Shown here: positions 24,041-35,310 of the stretch, in pieces
How positions within the stretch are numbered: the first letter of the stretch is position 1
Layout: every line of letters starts with the position of its first letter
Assembly: GCA_026770705.1 (NCBI GenBank)
Contig: JANJGN010000026.1
Coordinates: 37,758,001-37,822,000, forward strand
Source: Isurus oxyrinchus
Taxonomy: Eukaryota
DNA length: 64,000 bases
Reading direction: 5' to 3'
Notes under the pieces: generated by a model
What the model was told of the DNA's origin: nothing
The model's input: only the letters and a program-made list of their open reading frames with translations
Database searches by the model: none
Translations under genes and position numbers: made by a program

Positions 24041-24432
24041 TCATTGACATGAATTAACGGTGTCCATCAGTGCAAGGGAAATGTTCACAAAACTCGGTTT
24101 ACCGCTGGATTTATCAACCGTTCTGTTGATGATCTTCAAGGGGATCGCTTCATGTCCCACCACACAGGAGTAAGAAGCGCCGCTGGCCCACTCCTCCGCT
24201 GCAATGGATAACAGGCTGTACATGAAGAAGGAGCGATTGCCGTTCTCCGCCACCACCTCGGTGTTCTTGTAGTTTCCGGGAGCCACTGGCTTGTCATTGA
24301 CGGTCCACTTGACGAAGATCTCTCGGGGGGAGAAACCTCTCACTAAGCAGCTGAGGGAGACGGACCTCTGAGCGGAGACATCTTCTGCCGAGGGCAGGAG
24401 GACAGACACGGAAGGTTCCCGCGGGTCTTTAA
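24041..24432 (-). CDS. IGHM: IgM CH4 exon plus secretory tailpiece (internal donor after 24103 for the TM form)
   Basis: [14 protein letters not shown]...[16 protein letters not shown]...[24 protein letters not shown]|[20 protein letters not shown]; G|GTAAA donor, N-glycan site and penultimate Cys in tail. Confidence 0.98.
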
Positions 24433-24559
24433 CTGCAGAAAATGTACAATAAATGTCAATAAGCTGCATACTTTCGTAGACAATGAAATGGCTGGTTAGA
24501 TGTGAGAGAAACGTGTTTTGTGATGAATATTAAGGTTTTTCATTATCCACTTCTAGGAA

Positions 24560-24760
24560 ATATATCACCGATTCTTCACTATAGCTGAATCAAAATCCTG
24601 GAACACCCTCCCTAACAGCACTGTGAGTGTATCTACACCACATGGACTGCAGCGATTCAAGAAGGCAGCTCACCACCACCTTGTCAAGGGCAATTAGGGA
24701 TGGGCAATAACTCTGGCCCAGCCAGCGACGCCCACATCCCATGAATTAATAAATAAAATA
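24560..24760 (+). mobile_element. LINE/SINE shared 3' tail fragment
   Basis: ttcaagaaggcagctcaccaccacc...caattagggatgggcaataa...cccacatcccatgaat. Confidence 0.65.
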
Positions 24761-25136
24761 CTTTGGGATCTGTCCGGCTTTCCAGCTCGGAGCAAAGGTG
24801 GCACAATCCTTTTCCCTGGAGTTGGACGAGAAAGTTTCTCAAAGTTTACAGCACAGAAACAGGCCATTCTGCCCAACTGGTCTATGTTGGTGTTTTAGCT
24901 TCGCACCAGGCTCCTCCCATCTTGCTTCATCTAAACCCAATGGCACAACCTTCAATTCATTGTTCATTCATCTACTTATCAATTTCCCCCTGAAAGTCCA
25001 CAGGCCCAGGGCGTTTAGTTGGCGAAATTGCTAATCAGAGTAGACCATGAATACAATGAATAGTAAATATTGATCCTTACACTTAGACTGGAAATAGACA
25101 CGTTGAACTACTTATTGCTTCAATCTCACCGCTCAC

Positions 25137-25448
25137 CTGATTCCTTGTGGATGGAACTTCTTAAAGGAGTCGGCAGATCCTGATGGCTCACCACGCAGTA
25201 GAACTCAGCCCCACTCAGCCAGGCTTGTGTCGAGATGTTTACGTTGCTGACCACGCTGTTGGGATCCTCTCCAGGTTGGACGGCGATTTCTGATTTCAAA
25301 GGCTTCTTCTCTTGTGTCCAGGACACGAGGACTCCATAAGGAGCATTAGAAACGATGCAGGTTAAGGTCACGGTCGCTTCCAGTAAGACTTGTTCTATTG
25401 GAGGTGGCAATAGAGTAATTGTGGGATCGTTGTGGCATTGGTGATCAC
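25137..25448 (-). CDS. IGHM: IgM CH3 exon
   Basis: cag|GT...TCA G|gtgag, phase 1/1; [16 protein letters not shown]...TLTCIV...VSW...[22 protein letters not shown]. Confidence 0.97.
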
Positions 25449-26064
25449 CTGTGAGACAGAAATGAAAATCAACCAAAGTTTCACCTTCAGGAGCAGGACA
25501 GCAGTATTCAGCTTTCACTCTCTGAAGGAGAATAAATCACCTTGGACATATCAACCTCTAACTATCGTTTTTAATCTTCTTTACACAATGGAAAACCAGC
25601 TTGGTCTGTGTACATTGTTCTCAAAATTTAAGTCGTTCAGCCCCGGTAACATTCTCATGAATCTGCGTTGCCCCAGTCCCAATACAAATGTATCATTCAT
25701 GGGCCCTGGAATGCAGGACTGAAAGCTGTTTTATAAATAGCACTTTCCAACACTCTATCTCGAAGCTGTTACCAGTGAAGGGTTCCAGACACCTTCTGCC
25801 TCTCCAAATATGATCAGCTGACTCAAGGTAAAGCTGATATCAAGTCCACCTCACTCACTCTATGACGTCAATGCAGAGACGTGATGTGATCAAATCCTGA
25901 ATGGTGAATAATCCGAATGCAGCACTTACATTGGAATGAAACACCAACTATATGATAGTAAATTAGAAGTTGTTCTGTGCTTTCTACTAACTCCAATAAA
26001 TTCCTGATTTGATTAACATTGGAGTGCAGAATGCTCTATTGCTTCCACGGTTTGTATTTCTTAC

Positions 26065-26379
26065 CCTCACACTTGGTGGCGTTTCGACTTTGGGTGACCC
26101 CTTGGTGAGTGACCTGACAGGTATACACTGCGTCGCTGAACCATTCCCCAGCGGAGACTTTCAGCCGACTGGTCGCCGAGAAGTTCCCGTTCACTTCAAA
26201 GGCGGGAGGGGTGATAATTCCTGAACTCATGGGTTGTCCATTTTTCAGCCACTTCACGGTGATTGGCTTCGGACGGAAATCGATGATTGAACAGACGGCG
26301 GTTGCAAATTTGTTCGTTGTGATTTCTTCCTTGGAGCTCACGGTGAGGAGAACAGTTGGATGTAAGATGTCAGGAGGAC
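26065..26379 (-). CDS. IGHM: IgM CH2 exon
   Basis: aag|GT...GAG G|gtaag; [12 protein letters not shown]...[21 protein letters not shown]...YTCQVTH...KCE. Confidence 0.97.
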
Positions 26380-26593
26380 CTTCAAAAAACACAGGTTAGC
26401 CATTTCTTGCAGAAGAAATTGATAACAGATACAATGAGTTCTTATATTTTAACAGGTTCTTTGCAGTCAATGGACACTAACCTGGAATTTCCAGGGATCA
26501 GAACTATGCAGAGCACTATTAATGCGTTATAACCAAGGCCCTATACAGGTCAATCACAGCCTTTCTGTTTCTCACAGGTTCCCCAACACTTAC

Positions 26594-26893
26594 ATTGCAT
26601 TTCAACGCTCTTGTCTGAGACGCTGTGTCGAACCTCACACTTGATTTTGCTGCACTCTCCCTCTGACTCAGTGATGGTTAACTGGCTGCTCAGAGTGTAG
26701 GTTCCCTTCTGGTTTCTCACTGACGGATAAGTCTTAAATCCAGTGGTAATCTGCTGCCCATCTTTCTTCCATGTCAAGCTTGTGATTTCTGGGGAGTAGT
26801 CCATCGCCAAACAGCCGTAGGTGACGGAGCCGTCGGTGTTTTGTTGTTGACAGGAGGAGACCAGGCTGTAGAGAGTGGGCGAAGACGGTGTCA
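26594..26893 (-). CDS. IGHM: IgM CH1 exon
   Basis: cag|TG...CAA T|gtaagt; [15 protein letters not shown]...[10 protein letters not shown]...TWKKDG...KTYPSV...CEVRH; early Cys for light-chain linkage. Confidence 0.97.
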
Positions 26894-27434
26894 CTGGGAA
26901 AGAATGGCCGATTGAACAAGTTAGACTCTGTGAATTGTGATCATTAAGTAACCAAACAACTTGAAATTAAACTATAACTATAAACATATCCAAATATATT
27001 CCAACTAAAACCCACATCCACATTTCATCATTTATTATTTCCATCATTTGGTGATCCTCGCCTGTCGGTTCCCTCTTTAGAAACCCACACCTCTTTATCC
27101 GCTTCTATCCCATTACTAAAAGAGAACATTTTGATGTCATCTGAATGACGTACCTTTCAGTGGATTAAAATGGAAGAGCAGAGCATCTTCCCCATTATTT
27201 TGGCACCATTTATTTCTCAATCAACAGCACTTGGTGATAGAGAAATTGTCTCGTCATTTATATCATTGCAGTTTGGAAACTGGCTATGTTCAAATTTACT
27301 CCCCGCTCCATGACCCCCAAAACAAAGAATAGCAACGACTCTCCGAAGGTACCTTTGCAATGGTACCTTACTAGTGACCATAGAGCTCTAAATTGAATAC
27401 CAGTTACAGAAAGTACGACGTTTTCCAATCGTAT

Positions 27435-28985
27435 GTACATGTGAACATGTGGATCAGTAGCAGGAGTAGGCTATTCGGCCTCTCGAGCCTCCTCCACCAT
27501 TCACTCCGATCATAGCTGATCTGATTGTGGCGTTAACTCCCGCCTACTCTCCGCTCATCTTTGACTCACTTGTCAATGAAGAATCTCTCTACTTCTGCCT
27601 TGAAATATTAATGACTCCTCCTCCATCGCTCTCTGGGAAAGACAGTTCCAAACTTTCACTACCCTTAGAGAAAAATATAAAATCTCCTCATTTCCGCCAG
27701 AATGGGAGACCTATTTTTAAACTCTGTTGCCTATCGTTAGTCTCTCCCACAAGCGGAAACATCCTTTCAGCATCCACCCTGTCATTTTCCTCCAGGATCT
27801 TATATGTTTCAATAAAATCAGTTCTTATTTTTCTAAACTCCAATAGATACAGGCCTATCCAAACTTTCCTCATAAGATAACCGACGACACTTCCCAGTAT
27901 CAGTTGAATGAACATTCTCTGAACAGCTTCTAATGCTTTTATATCCTTTCTTAAAGGAGACTAAATCTGTACACAGTAATTCAGACGAGGCCGCATTGAC
28001 GCCTCGTTAAACTGTTACAAACCATCTTTACTTTTATATTATTTTCTATTATTAAGGATCCTATCACGGGTCATTAAGAAAATCCAAATGCAATTACGTA
28101 GATCCATCATGGTTTTGTGACAAGCAGAGTTCCACAGGGATCAATGCTGTGGCCTCAACTATTTACAATTTACATCAATGACTTTAATGAAAGGACTGAA
28201 TGAATTTGCTAAATTTGCTGATGACACAAAGATAGATAGGAGAGTAAGTGGTGAAGAGGGCATAAAGGTCAGCAAAGGGATACAGATAGGTTATAGGAGT
28301 GGGCAAAAAAATGACAGAGTATAAATTCCCCTTGTAATAAATGACAACATTCCCTTTGCCTTCCTCATTACTTGCTGTTCCTGCATTATAACTTTTTGTG
28401 ATTCATGCAGCAAGGGATCCGCATCCCTCTGTACCTCAGAGTTCAGCAATCTCTCTCCCTTTCAATAATATGCAGCTTTTGTATTCTTCCTGCCAAAGTG
28501 GGCACGTTTATATTTTCCCACGTTATACTCTGTCATTTTTTTGCCCACTCCTATAACCTATCTATGTCCCTTTGCTGACCTTTATCCCCTCTTCACCACT
28601 TACTCTCTTATCTGTGTGTCATCAGCAAACTTAGCAAATTCATTCAGTCCTTTCATTTAAGTCATTGATGTAAATTGTAAATAGTTGAGGCCGCAGCATT
28701 GATCCCTGTGGCACTCCACTTGTCACAAAACCATGATGGATCTACGTAATTGCATTTGGATTTCCTTAGTGACCCGTGATAGGATCCTTAATAATAGATT
28801 CCATCATTTTCGCTCGGACAGATGTTAAGCTAACTGGCCTGTCGGTTCTTGCTTTCCCGTTACCTCTTTTATTTGATATAAAAGCCTCATTCTCTATTTT
28901 CCAATCTGATGAGACTTTTCCAGAATCCAGGGGAGTTTGGAAAATTAAACCAATGCCTCTGCTATTTTAGTAACCACCTCGTTAA
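27435..28985 (-). mobile_element. CR1/HER1-like LINE containing an internal inverted duplication
   Basis: GLYLLEFRKIRTDFIETYKIL motif; RT remnants ...FADD; see finding on the inverted arms. Confidence 0.8.
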
Positions 28986-29489
28986 GGCCAAAATATTTGG
29001 CCAACTTCTCCGCCCATTTCCTTATTTTCCTTCATTACAGGCTTGTCCAATCCTTGTCCTGTGGCTGGATAAGAGCCCCCGAAGCCCCTCCATATGGCCC
29101 CCGGAGATGTTGTTCAAAATGCTGGTCAGGCAGGTACGTGGAGTTGAAGATATCTGGAAGGAGCTGCTCCTCCAATCACAGGTGAGTCTTCTACCCGTTA
29201 ACTGCTGATAGGCTGACTGGTGGGCCTATCAGCAGTAAAAGTGGGAGGCAAACAGGTTGTGATTGGAGGGGCAGCGAGCACCTGCTGGAGAAATGCGCAG
29301 GGAGCCGGGGGGAAGCGCACAGAGACATTGTCTTCCTTCTATCCCAGGCACTGAGTCCCTTTCCCTGGGAATGGAAAGGATTTCAGGAGGAGGAGAGACA
29401 ATGAGAGAGAGAGATAGAGAGAGTGGGGCCCAGGGCGCCTGGGGCCTCGGCTCGCAACTGCTGACGCCCTGATCTCCCCGCTATAGCCC

Positions 29490-31200
29490 GCCTCGCTGCC
29501 CTTCGCCCACCCTCCGGCCTCTCTGCCTTTCCACCCCCCACCACCCCCCCCGCCACTTTGCCCTTTGCCTCTTGCCTCTCTGCCCTTTCCACCCCCCGCC
29601 TCCCTGTCCTTCCTCCTCCTGCCTCTCTGTCCTCCACTGCCTCTCTGCCCTTCCCCCTGCCCTTTCCCCTTCTGCCCCTCTGCCTTCCCCCCTCCCACCT
29701 CTCTGCCCTTCGGCCTCCCGCCTCTCTGCCCTTTCCCCCTCCGTCTCTCTGCCCTTTCCCCCTCCCTCCTGTCTGCCCTTTCCACCACCGGCTCCCTGCC
29801 CTTCCCCCTCCCGTTTCCCTGCCCTTCCCCCTCCCGCCTCCCTGCCCTTCCCCCTCCCGCCTCCCTGTCTTTTCCCCCTCTGCCTCCCTGCCCTTCCCCC
29901 TCTAGCTCCCTGTGCTTTCCTCTCTGCCTCTCTGCCCTTCGCACCTCTGCCTCTCTGCCCTTCGTACCTCTGCCCTTCCCCTGTCTCTCTGCCCTTTCCA
30001 CCCGCCTCTCTCCTTTCCACCCCTGCCCTTCCCCCCTCTACCTCCCTTCCCTTTTCCCTTCTGGCCTCTCTGCCCTTTCCCTCCTCTACCTCCATTCCCT
30101 TTCCCCCTCCCGCCTCTATGCTTTTTCCCCCTCCCACATCTCTGCCCTTTCCCCCTCCCACCTCTCTGCCCTTCCCACCTCTGCCCCTCTGCCCTTCCCC
30201 TTCGGACTCTCTGCCCTTACCCCTCCTGACTCTCTATCCTTTCCCTCTCTGCCTCTCTGCATTATCCACTCCTCGCTTCCCTACCCTTCCCCTCCTGCCT
30301 CTCTGCCCTTCCCCCTCCCGCCTCTCTGCCCTTCCCCCTCCCGCCTCTCTGCCCTTCCCCCTCCCGCCTCTCTGACCTTCCCCCTCCCGCCTCTCTGCCC
30401 TTCCCCCTCCCGCCTCTCTGCCCTTCCCCTTCCGACTCTCTGTCCCTTCTCCTTCTGCCTCTCTGCCCTTTCCAACCCTCGCCTCCCTGCTCTTCCTCTC
30501 CTGCCTCTCTGCCCGTTCTCCCCCAGTTCTCTGCACCTACTCCACGGCTCCCTGTGCTTTTGCTCCGCTCTCTGACCTTTCCCACTGGCTTTATGATCTT
30601 TCCCCCAGCTATCTGCCCTTCCCATCACCTCTCTGCCTTTCCCCCTCCCAGCTCCCTGCCCCTTCCTCCTCCCGCCTCTCTGCCCTTTCCCCCTCTGCCT
30701 CTCTAGCCTTTCCCCCTCTGCCCTCCTCCCCCCGCCTCTCTGCCCTCCCCCCTCTGCCCATCCCCCGCCTCTCTGCCCTCCCCCCTCCCGCCTCTCTGCC
30801 CTTCCCCCCTCTACCTCTCTGCCCTTTCCCCCTCCCGCCTCTCTGCCCTTTCTCCCCCAGTTCTCTGCACCTACTCCACAGCTCTCTGTGCTTTTGCTCC
30901 GCTCTCTGACCTTTTCCACTGGCTTTACAATCTTTCCCCCGGCTCTCTGCCCTTCCCATTGCCTCTCTGCCCTTTCCTGCCTCGTTGCCTTTCCCCCTCC
31001 CACCTCCCTGCCCTTTCTCCCCCCACCTCTCTGCCCTTTCCCCCTCCCCTCTCTGCCCTTTCCCCATCCGCCTCTCTGCCCCTTACTCCACTTCTCACTG
31101 ACCTTTCCCCAGCTCTCTGCCCTTCCTACCAGGCTGCTCTGCCATGTCCTCCCCCTCCCCCTCCCCTCTGCCGTGCTGCCCCCTCTATGCCCTATCTCCC
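29490..31200 (-). repeat. G-rich (sense strand) 23-bp tandem repeat in the J-CH1 intron
   Basis: + strand unit cctctctgcccttccccctcccg (cleanest at 30295-30430); near-pure polypyrimidine/polypurine asymmetry. Confidence 0.95.
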
Positions 31201-31399
31201 ACGCCTCTTTGTCCTTTCCCCAAGCCAACTGCACTTACTCTAAGTGTCCCTGTGCTTTCGCCTGTCTCTCTGGCCTTTCCACTGATGCTCATCACTCCCT
31301 TCGGCCATACTCCACTTTCTGACACTGTGAGACCTCAGGCCTCGCTTCTAAGTCTCTCTTCCCCGTAGTTCCCGCCCTCCCACACACTGAATTAGAAAA

Positions 31400-32392
31400 G
31401 TGATCGAGTGAGTGAGCATGTGCATGATTGACAGAGTGAGAGTGGCTGAGTGACAGAGTGGGGGTGGGTGGCTGAGTGCGTGAGGGTGCGTGGGTGAGTG
31501 AAGGAGTGAGTGAGGGTGGGTAGTGAGTGAGCGTGGGTGGGTGTCTAATTGTGGGAGAGTAAGAATGGATGACTGAGTGAGGTCAGGTGTTTGAATGAGG
31601 GTAGATGAGTGGGTGATTGAGGGTTAGTGGGTATGTGAGGGTGCGTATGTGAGTGACGGTGAGTGGGTATATCAGGGTGGGTGGATGAATGTGAATGAGG
31701 CTGGGTGGGTGAGGGTGAGTAAGGGTGTGTGAGTGAGGGTGAGTAATTGATGGTGAGTGACTGAGGGTGAGTGAATGAGGGTGTGGTAGGGGGTGAGTGT
31801 GTGAGGGTGAGTGAGGGTGTGTGAGTGAGGGTGGATGTGGCTGGGTGGGTAAGGGTGAGTAAGAGTGAGTGAGTGGTAGTGAGGAGTGAGGTTGAGTGAG
31901 GGTGAGTGAGGATGGTGAGGGTGCATGAGTGATGGGTGAGAGAGTGATGGGTGAGAGAGTGAGGGGTGTGAGTGAGGAGTGAGTGAGTGAAGGTGAGTGA
32001 GTAATTGATGGTGAGTCAAGGAGGGTGTGTGAAGGTGGGTGAGGGTGGATGATTGAGGGTGCCTGAGTGAGGGTGAGTGAGGGTGAGTGTGTGAGGGTGG
32101 GTGTGTGAGGGTGGGTGAGTGAGGGTGGGTGAGTGAGAGTGGGTGAGCGAGAGAGTGCGAGTGAGTAAGGGTGAGGGAGTGAGGGTGAGGGAGTGAGGCT
32201 GAGTGAGTGACGATGGGTGAGTGAGGGTGGCTGAGGGCCAGTGAGTGAGGGTGAAGAAATGATGGTGAGGGAGTGAGTGTGAGGGAGTGAGGGTGAGTGA
32301 GTGAGTGAGATTGAGTGAGGGTGAGTGATTGTGGGTAGTGAGGGTGAGTGAGTGAGGGTGAGTGAGGGTGAGTGATTGTGGGTAGTGAGGGT
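31400..32392. repeat. (GAGTGAGGGT)-like low-complexity tract
   Basis: Direct observation. Confidence 0.9.
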
Positions 32393-32572
32393 GCCCAGGT
32401 GCTGTAGGCTCATCAAGGTGATGTTTTTCCAGATGATTTTCTGCTCCGGCTCAGCTTTCCATTGCCTGTTGTCCACAGCCGAGCTGGGGGCTCCTCCATT
32501 TGGCTCCACCACTTCCACCTCCTCCTCTTCATCTCCATCGATCCTGTCCCGATTCTCCAGATTGATCAGCTT
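32393..32572 (-). pseudogene. Stearoyl-CoA desaturase (SCD/SCD5-like) N-terminal fragment
   Basis: ...EQKIIWKNITLMSLQHLG matches the SCD motif (V/I)WRN..LMSLLHLG; stop upstream, ends in a microsatellite. Confidence 0.6.
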
Positions 32573-32964
32573 TCAGTAACACCGGCTGTGTAAAGTCAGG
32601 CAGCAGTGTAGATCGCTGGCCACTTGCTTTAATGCCGATGCATTTCTTTGAGAAACCCATGTCAGTACACAAACAGGCAGACTGAGGGGTCTGGAGGGGA
32701 AGGTTACAGCAAAACCAGGATGTGCCATGCAGGTATCTTGCACCAACTGTGCACTGGTATTGGGGATCCAGCCGGCTGTGGTCTCTGTCACATCCCTCCC
32801 CTTTTCTTGCTTCTTTGTGTTTGGTTCAACACTTGGAAATTCTCCACATATATAGTGATGTCACCTGTGTAATTTCATTTTACACAAAAAGGCATCAGAA
32901 ATGGAACAATGAACATGCATGCAGCTTAACGGATTTTCATTCTGCAGTTAGCATTTTCAGCCCA

Positions 32965-33965
32965 CTTCTGTGTGTGAGAATGTGTGTGTGTCTGCGTGAT
33001 AAAGAGAGAGAGAGTGCATGCAAGTGTTTGTGTGTTTTTAAGAGAGAGAGAGAGACAGAGACAGAGAGAGACGGAGTGTGTGTGAGAGAGAGAGTGTGTG
33101 TGTGTGTGAGATAGGGAGTATAAGCGTGAGAGTGTGTGAAATGGAGAATGTGTGTGTGGGAGAGAAAGAGTGCGTGTGTGTGTGTGAGAGAGAGAGAGTG
33201 TGTGTGTGTGTGAGAGGGGGAAAGTGTGTTTTTCTGTGCAAGTCATAGGGAGTATAAGTGTGAGAGTGTCTGAGATAGAGAAATGTATGTATAAGAGAGA
33301 GCTGCTGTGTGTGTGTGAGAGTTAGAGAGAGAAAGAGAGAGAGAAAGAGAATGTGTAGGGGTGTGAGTGATTGGTCGTATAAATGTGTGAGAGAAAGTGT
33401 GTGAGAGAGTGAACGTGTGTGTGGGAGAGAAAGAGTGTGTGAAAGAGAGAGCCAATGTTTGTATCAGAGAGAAAGAATGAGAGAGAGCGCAGGTGTGAGA
33501 GAAATTGTGTGTGAGAGGGAATGTGTTTGTGTTTCTGTGTGAGAGAGAGAGAATGGAGAGTGTGTACATGTGTGAGAGTGTGTATGTGTGTGGGAGAGAG
33601 GATGCATGTATGTGAGAGAGAGAGAGTGGGTGTGCGTAAAAGTGAGGGAGTGTGCATATGTTTGTGAATGTGAGAGAGAGTGCATGTGTGAGAAAGAAAG
33701 AGTGCATGTATGTGTGAGAGAGATAGTGTGCACGTGTGTTAGAGTGTGTATATTTGAGAGAGCATGTGTATGAGAGAATGTGAGTGTCTGTGTGAGAGTG
33801 TGTGTGAAAGAGAGAGGCAATGTGTGAGAGACAGAATGTGTACATGTTAAAGAGAATTTGTGTGTGAGAGGGAAAATGTGAGAGTGTGTGTGTGTGACAA
33901 AGAGAGCCGGTGTGACAGAGAGAGTGAGCGAGTGAGGGTCTGTGGTAAAGACACTGAGTGTGTTG
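32965..33965. repeat. (GA)n/(GT)n compound degenerate microsatellite
   Basis: Direct observation. Confidence 0.9.
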
Positions 33966-34709
33966 AGGTAGAGTAGCCATGATCTTACTGAATGGAGGGC
34001 AGGATCGAAGGGCCGAATGTCCTCTTGGTCCCTTATTTCTGTCATTCATTCCTCCCCCTGCAGGCGACAATCCAATGACTCAGTTTTTGATGGCTGCTCC
34101 TTTTCCCCAAATCCCCCGCGGCTGGCTATTTGGAGCGGGAGGATGGTCATTGTCCATTTCAATCGTTTAAATAACTCACAGCCCCTGATCAGATCAGAAC
34201 AGGCGCTGCCCTCTGGAAATTCACTGTCCCTCCCTGATTCTGTTTGTTCTGAAATTGTGCTCAAGTTCAGCTCACTCACATTCAATGATTTTCTGATACT
34301 CAAAATGCTGAAACATAATTAATTCATTAAAATTTATACATATTCGCTCCAGAAATATGGTTAAAAACAATTAATGTGTGTCATTTCAAGCGAGCAATGG
34401 AGCAATTTATTTTCACAGATCTGGCTAGAGGACTCACAGCCAATTACTGATTCAGTTTGTTTGACATCTGCGGGGAAAAGACTGTCTGGTCAGTAACAGG
34501 ACAAGTTAAGATATGGATTAAATCCCCCACTCCTCCTCCGGTACACTCCTGTCATCAGCTGCAAGGGTGGGATTCAACAGAAAGCCAACTCTCCACTGAA
34601 CTGCCAAACACTCCGGGGCAGGTACAGTACTGGTTTGATATAAAATAAAACTCCCTCTACATTGTCCTATGAAATATGCCCAGAAGAGGGTTCAATCCAG
34701 TTTCGATAT

Positions 34710-35310
34710 AAATGCTGTGGCTGCAAGAGGTGGTCAGAGGCTGGGAATTCACTGGCGAGTAATTCACCCAAAGACAACCCACCATCTACATGTCACAAGT
34801 CTGGACTGGGATTGAATAGTTTTCACTTGCCTCAATGAGTGAAACTTCAACAAACCCCAAGAAACCCGAAACTATCCAGGACAAAGCAGCCCACAGAATT
34901 GGTAGCCCATCCACTTAAACATTCACACCCTCCCCCACAGACGCACAGTGAGAGCAGTATGTACCATATACAGGATGCACTGCAGCAACTCGCCAAGGCT
35001 CCTTCAGCAGCACCGTCAAAACCTGCAACCTCTCCTAACTAGAAGGACAAGGGCAGCAAGTGCTTGGGAACACTACCACCTGTACGCGCCCCTCCAAGGC
35101 ACCCACCATCCTGACTTGGAATGATATCACCGTGTCTTCACTCTCAATATGTCAAAATCCTGGAAATCCTTTCCTAACAGCACTGTGAGTGAACCTGCAG
35201 CTATTCAAGGAGGCGGCATTTCAACACTTCCTCAAGGGGTAATTAGGGATGGACAACAAATGCTGGCCTTGCCAGCGACCCCAACATCCTATGACAGGAT
35301 TAAAAATAAG
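34710..35310 (+). mobile_element. LINE 3' fragment (CR1/L2 group, second family)
   Basis: caggatgcactgcagcaactcgccaaggctccttc...aattagggatggacaacaaatgctggcc tail; antisense homologue at 47310-48430. Confidence 0.65.

Noticed and set aside
29339-31322. Long Gly/Arg/Glu- and Pro/Leu/Ser-rich ORFs (up to 336 aa) in many frames
   Set aside because: By-product of a purine/pyrimidine-skewed repeat that lacks stop codons; intronic, with no domain structure.
31583-34070. His/Thr/Ser/Leu-rich ORFs of 190-311 aa
   Set aside because: Low-complexity repeats; only the SCD-like first ~42 aa of the 311-aa ORF is informative.
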